A stretch of 64,000 nucleotides of DNA from NCBI GenBank assembly GCA_965197475.1, contig CBDANF010000002.1, forward strand, positions 544,001-608,000, read 5' to 3'. The stretch comes from Candidatus Poribacteria bacterium. Lineage in GTDB: Bacteria; Poribacteria; WGA-4E; WGA-3G. The stretch's first letter is position 1. Each line of letters starts with the position of its first letter. The position numbers were made by a program, and so were the translations under genes. Under the pieces are notes generated by a model. It was not told the DNA's origin. It did not search any database and was given only the letters and a program-made list of their open reading frames with translations. This document shows positions 20,558 through 27,640 of the stretch, piece after piece.

Positions 20558-20614
20558 ACGAGTTGTCGGATAACAACATCCGGAAAACGGAAACCTGCTT
20601 CGGATCAGGATATA

Positions 20615-21423
20615 ATGCCATATTAACGTAATTATTCTTGTATATATTTTTAGATATGTTATTGTGAACACATGAAAAACACTAAGCAACGGGTTTTCCC
20701 TCATTTTACGACAGAAGTTCTTAAACAAAGGTATCTTGAATGTCAATGTCCTCGGGAACGGACGCACGGCATATCATTTGGCTTCTTGCTGACACGGCAC
20801 ATCTTAGAACACCCCGTGAAGTCGCTGATATTGTGGTTGCACTGTGGACTGGGTTCGCAAACTACTCAAACGCTATAACGCTGTGGGTGAAGAGGCACTA
20901 CGAGACAAACGCAAAAACAATGGAAGGCATCGTTTTCTGGATGAAACACAGCAAGCAGCACTTGAGGCTGTACTTTCTGAGCGACCTACTGATGGCGGAC
21001 TTTGGACAGGTCCCAAAGTTGCTGCTTGGATATCAGAGAGACTTCAGCGTCCTGTGAGTGCTGTGTGATGAACCTTGCGTTAGCAGAGTTTACTTGGGAT
21101 GTTAATCCGGAAGTGAAGAAACAAATAGTGCTATTGTTGGATTGTGCGGGTTTTCACATGGGTACGGATTTGGAAGTGCCTGAGAGGATTGAGTTATTTT
21201 ATTTACCGCCGTATACGCCGGAGCTACAGCCTGCGGAATGACTATGGCCTTTGTTACGGGAAGTGGTTGCGAATAAAGTTTTTAGAACGCTGACAGCACT
21301 TGAAGAAGTGATTGTGAATCGGTGTCAAGGGTTCTCCGAAAACCAAAAGATTGTGCAGCCACATGTCGGTTTTCAGTGGATTTGCGAAATGGAAAAACAA
21401 TACCAATCACGTTAATTTGGTAT
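20615..21423 (+). mobile_element. IS630-family element, degraded
   Basis: HTH fragments in three frames (WVRKLLKRYN, GGLWTGPKVA) and DDE fragment LLLDCAGFH...LPPYTPELQPAE* with an internal deletion and a stop; ends ATGCCATATTAACG and CGTTAATTTGGTAT. Confidence 0.85.
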
Positions 21424-21468
21424 CAAACGTAATGTCCCAAACATGACCGATTTGCAGCAGAAGAGAAT

Positions 21469-22770
21469 TTATTCAGTACGCAACGCCTCAATAGGCGAAA
21501 GTGCAGACGCTTTTATTGCCGGATACAACCCAAAAGAGATACCAATTAACGCTGAAAACGATATCGAAACCAAGACCCACTGCGTTGAAATGACTGAGGG
21601 CCATTCTGGAACAATTTTGGCAATTTTTACAGCGAGAAGTGCCATACCTTGTCCAGCGAAGACACCCAAACCTATGCCTATCAATCCTCCCAAACCACAC
21701 ATCACAACAGCCTCCATTAAAAATTGAATTAGGATGTCAAAACGTGTTGCACCGAGAGCCTTCCGAAGCTCTATCTCGCGCGTCCGCTCAGTGACAGCGA
21801 CAAGCATCATATTCATTATCCCGATGCCACCAACAAGTAACGAGAAACCTGCAATACTCCCCAACGCAATCTTAATTACCTTGCTGATTTTTTCCAGCTG
21901 TGCCATGCCTTGACGCATATCAAAAATTCCGATGAAGTCATCCTGGTTTTTGTGTCGCTTGCGTATGACGGCTTTTACCTCTTCGATCGCCTTCGGGACA
22001 TCCTCAACGGTATTTGCATAAACAACAATATCTTGAATCTTATCATCCCCAGTGAATCGTTCTTGTGTTGTGGATAGCGGCATAAAGACAAGGCTATCGT
22101 AACTCCACCCAAATCGAAGGCTTCTCCCTCTTGGCACGAGTGTGCCAACAACCGTAAAACGTTCGGTTGATCGTTTGCTATCCCTACGTCCGTATCGGTC
22201 ATAACGTCCATCACCTTTTGCGATTTTTATCTCTTGTCCAATAGGAGATTTATCACCGAACAGTGTAGTCGCTACCTCATCACCAAGTACGCAGACCCTC
22301 GCTGCATTTTCTACATCCTCATCTGAAATAAAACGTCCCTCTTGTAGATCCCAATCCATCGCTGTTCGATAAGTAGCATCCACGCCATTATACCCGGATC
22401 GAGATTGTACACCGCCTGCAGCTTCAATTAAAGCCCCTCTCCATTCCGGAATTCTTGGTGTGACAGCTATCACTGACGGACATTCCGCCTCAATTGCCAA
22501 CACATCTTCGTATTTCATGTACTCATTGCTACGGATTCTCACCCATTGCGATCCTACACGTTTATACCTATTGCGGTAGATTGTAAATTGGTTTGCCCCG
22601 CCAAGTTTTTGAGCGTCGCGCAGCACGATTTCTTTTGCGCCATCACCGATAGATACCATTGCTAATACAGAAGCAACACCGATGATAATCCCAAGCATTG
22701 TCAACAACGAGCGCATCTTGTTTGAACGAATAGCGGTGATCCCAATTGATAACCCTTCAATAAAACTCAT
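21469..22770 (-). CDS. MacB/FtsX-family ABC permease
   Basis: RSLLTMLGIIIGV, GRFI, SLLVGGIGIMN.M...VTERTREI..RKALGA, LYPA.KA..LSPIEALR. Confidence 0.93.
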   Translation of the reverse strand: MSFIEGLSIGITAIRSNKMRSLLTMLGIIIGVASVLAMVSIGDGAKEIVLRDAQKLGGANQFTIYRNRYKRVGSQWVRIRSNEYMKYEDVLAIEAECPSVIAVTPRIPEWRGALIEAAGGVQSRSGYNGVDATYRTAMDWDLQEGRFISDEDVENAARVCVLGDEVATTLFGDKSPIGQEIKIAKGDGRYDRYGRRDSKRSTERFTVVGTLVPRGRSLRFGWSYDSLVFMPLSTTQERFTGDDKIQDIVVYANTVEDVPKAIEEVKAVIRKRHKNQDDFIGIFDMRQGMAQLEKISKVIKIALGSIAGFSLLVGGIGIMNMMLVAVTERTREIELRKALGATRFDILIQFLMEAVVMCGLGGLIGIGLGVFAGQGMALLAVKIAKIVPEWPSVISTQWVLVSISFSALIGISFGLYPAIKASALSPIEALRTE

Positions 22771-22900
22771 ATAATCTTCTCAACTTTCGCATATCATTAC
22801 ACAAAAAATACGTGTTAAACGTCATTGAGAAGAATAAGTTTAATTTATTGTAAAATCCGAGAATATCTGAAAAGGCGCGCATGTGCATGCAAAAGAGAAT

Positions 22901-22928
22901 AGGCAGGTAACCAAAAGATTACCTGCCT
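22901..22928. terminator. Rho-independent terminator-like hairpin after 22957-23787
   Basis: AGGCAGGTAA-8 nt-TTACCTGCCT. Confidence 0.65.
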
Positions 22929-22956
22929 GTTTGAATAGATAGAAAGTTGCAGTAGA

Positions 22957-23787
22957 TTACTCTGAGTCTGACACAGTCACAGTCACGGTATAACTTTCTT
23001 CATACTCAGACATATCCGACCATCGGTAAATGACCGCTGTTATCAGAAAATCTCCGGTATGCATGGCTCCGCTTGGGAACGTGTAAGAGAGGCTCGCTGT
23101 CGTTGTCGTGCCGTCACCGGAGACACCTTCTATATATGTTCCACGTTCACTCGTTTCCCAGGGTGCCTTCACGTACCAATCAATGTAATAATATGGCTCC
23201 TCCGTGATAAGCTGAACTTCGTGCATGTCACCTGGAGAAGTCTCCTGATCTTGATTGTTTGCAAATATACCCGGGTTCTGGTCGCTTCCATCTTGGGAAT
23301 TGAGTCGATGATAATATCTCCACTGGCGATCAATGGGAGATTCCGGTGTGGGTGGAGGCGGCGGTGGTGGTTGACACGTGCTGCAGCCGGAACCGTCGCA
23401 GTTTGGGCAGTTATCGTCATCTGGTGGATTGCATGTGTCGCAACCTGAACCATCACAGTCATAACAATCGTCATCATTTGCACCCCACATTGAGAATCCA
23501 AGTGCTCCAGCAGCACATACTGTGCCGCTTATTGTGAGTCCAAGAACCCATCCAGGGGGGCCGCTAAAATAACAGACAATTGCGGCAGCTCCGCCGAAAC
23601 CTATACCGGCGGCGCCGCAGCACCATGAGGCAACGTCTTGCCATTCTATATCTGCAGAGCTGTTTTGTTCAAGGATAGGTATCACACATATACTTAACAC
23701 AATTAATATCAATGAGATTGAATTAATGATGGGAGCGTATTTTTTTATGTTTAACGTTTCCCAGTTCCAGTTTGAAGTTATAACCAC
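22957..23787 (-). CDS. Secreted or membrane Cys-rich hypothetical protein
   Basis: Signal-like N-terminus, Gly/Ala/Cys hydrophobic hairpin, two CxxCxGxGCxxC repeats, poly-Pro linker, beta-rich C-terminal domain; GGAGG before GTG. Confidence 0.75.
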   Translation of the reverse strand: MVITSNWNWETLNIKKYAPIINSISLILIVLSICVIPILEQNSSADIEWQDVASWCCGAAGIGFGGAAAIVCYFSGPPGWVLGLTISGTVCAAGALGFSMWGANDDDCYDCDGSGCDTCNPPDDDNCPNCDGSGCSTCQPPPPPPPTPESPIDRQWRYYHRLNSQDGSDQNPGIFANNQDQETSPGDMHEVQLITEEPYYYIDWYVKAPWETSERGTYIEGVSGDGTTTTASLSYTFPSGAMHTGDFLITAVIYRWSDMSEYEESYTVTVTVSDSE

Positions 23788-23801
23788 AATATTAACCTCC
23801 G

Positions 23802-24492
23802 TTATCTGATTCGTGCGCGCATGGCTGCGAGCATTTTAGCTGTAGGTTCTGGTAGAATTCCTTGATTATGTTGTCTGTGGTGTTCTTCTATATGATCGAT
23901 CATAGTTTCTGCGGTTTCGCGAGGGTATCTTGATATTGCCACTTCATAATAATCAAGTAATTCGTTTATCATCGCTTTTGAGTGCTGCCGTAGCATTGTA
24001 ATCCCTTCCCGGGTTTTGGCAGCTTCGTTAAGTTTTTGGGAGTTAAATAGTATAGAATACTTACTCATAATGTTAATCAAGTCACTGTTCCATTCTTGTA
24101 GAAGAACTTCAGCTTCTTCTTCTGTTATACCGTATTTTCTGATTGATTCATTATCAGTTGTTGGTTCTTCTATAAAGGAATTTGTGGTTATATCTACTTG
24201 AGAAATTATCTCAGCGTTAGGCGTAACTTTTGTGAATTTCTCGGTATTTTCTGGTCGCGCGGTTTTATGCCAATACCCCGTCTCGTGAGTTTCACTAAAA
24301 ACGCCGTAGACGGCGTTTTTAGTGAAATAGCTGCCTGTTCCATCTTATTTTGGCGCGCTATTTTAGTGGATTCATCTGCTGCTTGTTTGTAAAGTGCTGT
24401 ATCATATCTATACCACAATACACACCCTACGCCGATTATTATTAGGAGGACTATACCTCCTAATATCCATTGGTAAAGATGCCTTGAGTCAT
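23802..24492 (-). pseudogene. Membrane-anchored hypothetical protein broken by two frameshifts
   Basis: GAGGTG-ATG 24492 gives MTQGIFTN, shifts to WILGGIVLLIIIGVGCVLWYRYDTA..., shifts again at the 24290-24327 palindrome to ETHETGYWH...EEEAEVLLQEWNSDLINIMS, which is continuous with ORF 23802-24080. Confidence 0.7.
24290..24327. repeat. Perfect 18-bp inverted repeat with a 2-nt spacer
   Basis: TTTCACTAAAAACGCCGT-AG-ACGGCGTTTTTAGTGAAA. Confidence 0.95.
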
Positions 24493-24533
24493 TTTACACC
24501 TCTTGTCATGGTTTGATAAACCTACACGTGGCG

Positions 24534-24681
24534 TATCAATTACTTCTGGGTGCCCTGTTCCTGGGTGGTCCTTCCACCTATTTAAAAAGACAAGGGCACC
24601 CTGGCATCTAAACCAATGTTCCAAAATATAATTTTAGAAAGGGTACCCATATTATGAACATTGTTTTAGACGTAATTGGTA
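24534..24681. ncRNA. Candidate structured leader RNA (three-way junction) or MITE
   Basis: P1 24534-43/24672-81; P2 GGGTGCCCT 24548-56/AGGGCACCC 24593-601 enclosing GGTGG/CCACC; P3 24607-21/24656-70 (14 of 15 pairs); sits between a TTGCAT..AATAAT promoter-like site and the 24492 start. Confidence 0.4.
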
Positions 24682-24781
24682 TTATTACACGAAATAAAGC
24701 AGAATGCAAATTTTTTTCAAAAAAGTGCATTTTTGCTTTTCTGGTTTTAAATCTTCATATAAAAATGGGATTGGTGGGAAT

Positions 24782-24809
24782 AAAAAAGGCGGATATGGGA
24801 ATCCGCCTT
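24782..24809 (-). terminator. Rho-independent terminator
   Basis: Minus strand AAGGCGGAT-TCCCAT-ATCCGCCTT then T-run, just after the 24828 stop. Confidence 0.7.
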
Positions 24810-24827
24810 ACGAAGAAAAGTCGATTC

Positions 24828-25961
24828 TTATTTTTGCTTCGGATATGCAGTATCAAGTGAGAGAATTGCGTAACTGGTTGCCAACACGGGGAGTGCTTCC
24901 ATCCAGCGGCTGTTCTCATTCACCCAGAATCCTTCAGGTTTCTGAACCTCAATTAATTTTTCAGCTAACTCTTGGTACCAATTGTGTGAGACACCTTTTG
25001 CATCAATAAGGGTTTCTTTTCCGTATAGACGCAATGCTTTTGCCATAGTGTGGTAGTTGTAGTAGAGTCCTTGGCCACCCACGCCATAATTCTCTTCCAA
25101 CGTGAAATGCTTCTCTATCCACTTAACAGCGGCTTGAACACGATCGTCATCTTTTTTAACATTTGCGTAGATAAAACTCAACAATCCTGCATACGTCATG
25201 CTAGCATAGGATCGCGGGCTGCCCGCTTCGTCTATGCCTGCTTTGCTTTCACCGTCAGGGGAATAGATAAATCCGCCATCGTTTCCTGCCCATGGCTGAT
25301 CGTTGCTCTCACTACGGTTCTGGGTACGTTCAAGGAATTTAATCGCTTTGTTCCAGACTTCATCATCATCTGAACCGCTCTCTTTTAATGCTTGGATAGC
25401 AAAGTTCAGGTTGGATAGATCATGCACGGTCTCACGACTACCGTAACCGATTCCGCCGTAATAGACGCTTTCTTCATCTTGAATTTGCAGGCTCTTCAGG
25501 AAACCTTGTGCTTTTTTAATAACATCGGTATACTTCGGGTTTCCTGTTGAGATAAGTGCCATTACTGCTATAGAGGTATTATAATTGGGCAGAGCCGGTT
25601 GCTTTTCCACATCATAAATAGCACCGTTCTGCTGCTGCATTTCAACTAATCGCTGAATTGCCTTCTTGATAAAAGGATGTTTTTCTTCAGAGTATTTTTG
25701 CTGTGGATGACGTAAAAACGCTGTGATTGCAAGTGCTGTTATACCAGGATGTCCCACTCCAGGACTGATCTCAAAGAGCCCATCTTCTCCTTGTTGTCCC
25801 TTCAACCATTCTAATCCTTTGTCAATACTGGCAACAACGCGTTTGTTAATTTCTTCATATTTAGATGCATTTTTCACGGAGTGCGAGTCTGCGCCGATGT
25901 TCACGCTGGTAATGACCATAATCAACATCAACACTAACCCGATAATGTTTTTCATTTTCAT
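24828..25961 (-). CDS. Secreted prenyltransferase/squalene-oxidase-repeat (alpha-alpha barrel) protein
   Basis: Signal peptide; KGLEWLKGQQGEDG, QQQNGAI, DGGFIY, YASMTYAGLLS, QKPEGFWVN QW-like repeats; no DxDD cyclase motif seen. Confidence 0.8.
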   Translation of the reverse strand: MKMKNIIGLVLMLIMVITSVNIGADSHSVKNASKYEEINKRVVASIDKGLEWLKGQQGEDGLFEISPGVGHPGITALAITAFLRHPQQKYSEEKHPFIKKAIQRLVEMQQQNGAIYDVEKQPALPNYNTSIAVMALISTGNPKYTDVIKKAQGFLKSLQIQDEESVYYGGIGYGSRETVHDLSNLNFAIQALKESGSDDDEVWNKAIKFLERTQNRSESNDQPWAGNDGGFIYSPDGESKAGIDEAGSPRSYASMTYAGLLSFIYANVKKDDDRVQAAVKWIEKHFTLEENYGVGGQGLYYNYHTMAKALRLYGKETLIDAKGVSHNWYQELAEKLIEVQKPEGFWVNENSRWMEALPVLATSYAILSLDTAYPKQK

Positions 25962-26103
25962 TTGTCGATCCTCTTTAAATTTGTTAATATTAATAATTAT
26001 ATTCGTGCAAATATTGTGCCAATTCAATTTCGTTGCGCGAGTGTGATATTACTGGGTTCTATACATCCGATAGTTGGTAATTTGGTCACAATTTGAACAG
26101 TAC

Positions 26104-26120
26104 TGACCAGAATCTGGTCA
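26104..26120. promoter_or_regulatory. Palindromic operator-like site
   Basis: TGACCAGA-A-TCTGGTCA upstream of the 25961 start. Confidence 0.45.
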
Positions 26121-26145
26121 ATTTGTTGGTTAAATCATTATCTAC

Positions 26146-27142
26146 GAAGTCATATTGAGTAAAACATAAAGATGTGGTAAAATAGGGAAAGAAAAGGGGA
26201 ACTTTACGTCCCTTTCTACCTCATATATCCATTTACATTATGAAAGATGTTATTATGACAGACAAGACTCAAAAGCCCCCAAAATACAAATGTATTCCGA
26301 AGCAGGTTTCCCGTAAGGATTTCAATCATTATATCTTACCACATTTAGCGAAACGAGTCAAAGGCCCAAAGCCGAAACTTTCCTTCTATAAGATATTCAA
26401 CTATATCCTCTATGTTTTACATACGGGTATTCAATGGGATCAACTCCGAACCCGGTGCCTGAACTCCATTGGTCTAATATCTATAAATGGCATAATCGGT
26501 GGTCAAAAGATGGCTCGTATCAGAAACTTTTTGAGGCATCAGTGATACACCTGCTTGACACCGACCAACTTGACACCTCTCAACTTCATGGAGATGGGTC
26601 AAATACCGTCGTGAAAAAAGGGGTGACAACATCGGTTATTCAGGCCACAAACATCAAAAAGGTGAAAAAGAGTTGACCATCACTGACAATCAGGGGTTCA
26701 TCATCAGCCCGATAACCATCAAACCTGTCAACCAACATGGGACAAAGATTTTGCCCGAAACATTCACCGATCTTATCGCCTTTGCTAATCGTATTGGAAT
26801 GGACCTCAATGCTTCCGCTCTAACACTGGACTCCGGTTTTGATTCCAAAAAGAATCATAAGATTATCAAACAACACGGGCTGCTCCCAGTGATATATCCG
26901 AACCGGCGGAATGCCAAAGAACCTATTGTAATTGCCCGTCCGTTCCGGTGGTTTAACAAAGAAATGGACAAAGACCGATATAAAGTGGAGCGAACCTTGG
27001 GTTGGCAAGGGACTTATCGGAAACTCGCCCTTAGTTATGATAAACTGAAAGAAACACGCTTAGGTTTTCGTAATTTAGCATATTCAATGATAAACTTTCG
27101 GAGAACTTTCAACGATGCTTAGCTCTTACTCGCTATGAGTTC
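26146..27142 (+). mobile_element. IS5-family element (997 bp); transposase split by a programmed -1 site and a further 1-bp deletion
   Basis: TIRs GAAGTCATATTGAGTAA / TTACTCGCTATGAGTTC; ILYVLHTGIQW, HGDGS, LDSGFDS, RYKVERT.GW motifs; AAAAAAGGGG at 26614-26623 restores KKGGDNIGYSGHKHQKGEK. Confidence 0.9.
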
Positions 27143-27238
27143 AAGTTCAAAATGGTGGGTGTGTAAATATATTGTTACCTGAATCACAGATTATGCGGAT
27201 TTTGAGGTCTGCTGTGTGTTAAGCAAATTGGTCGGATT

Positions 27239-27264
27239 GTTGGGTTTCGCTCTACCCAACCTAC
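27239..27264 (-). repeat. GTAG-type REP-like hairpin
   Basis: Reverse complement GTAGGTTGGGTAGAGCGAAACCCAAC. Confidence 0.6.
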
Positions 27265-27306
27265 AGTCCTATTGATAAAACTATACATACCCACAAAATA
27301 TATTTT

Positions 27307-27397
27307 ATACCAAATTAACGGGATTAGTCTTATTTTTCTGGGCAGACTGCGCGCTTACAAAGCGCGCCTACCGAGTGGGATCAAGTTAATTTGGTAT
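27307..27397. mobile_element. IS630-derived MITE (91 bp), copy 1
   Basis: TIR ATACCAAATTAAC / GTTAATTTGGTAT identical to the end of 20615-21423; near-identical copy at 63313-63402. Confidence 0.8.
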
Positions 27398-27640
27398 TAT
27401 ATGACATTTTTCCGCGGAATTACGACCATAGTCCGGTTCAAATGTTGCCCAATGTGAACCGCTTTGCTACATTTCACCCGGGTATGTCTTGACCGCTATC
27501 GCTCCGATTTAAAAAGAGAAGGACAAGCGAAGTGGCCTGTCCCTAATTTGCAGGAAAGAACTCTTAAGGTAATTAGATATTCCATCTTCCGCAATAGTTT
27601 GACAAGTTATGGAATCCACAGTCAAAGAAAATGCGAAAGA

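Noticed and set aside
21239-21241. Selenocysteine or stop-codon recoding at an in-frame TGA
   Set aside because: It lies in a transposase already broken by frameshifts and a deletion; other genes use TGA as a normal stop.
24560-24582. ZTP riboswitch or T-box (GGTGG..ACCAC motif)
   Set aside because: Lacks the GACTGGCG/CGCCTGGGC pseudoknot elements and the T-box stem I features; the downstream genes are unrelated.
24828-25961. Squalene-hopene cyclase
   Set aside because: Only about 377 aa with a signal peptide and no DxDD motif.
10106-27142. Composite transposon or inversion bounded by the two inverted IS5 copies
   Set aside because: The flanking triplets (TAC/CAT and TAC/AAG) do not match in the direct or the inverted arrangement.
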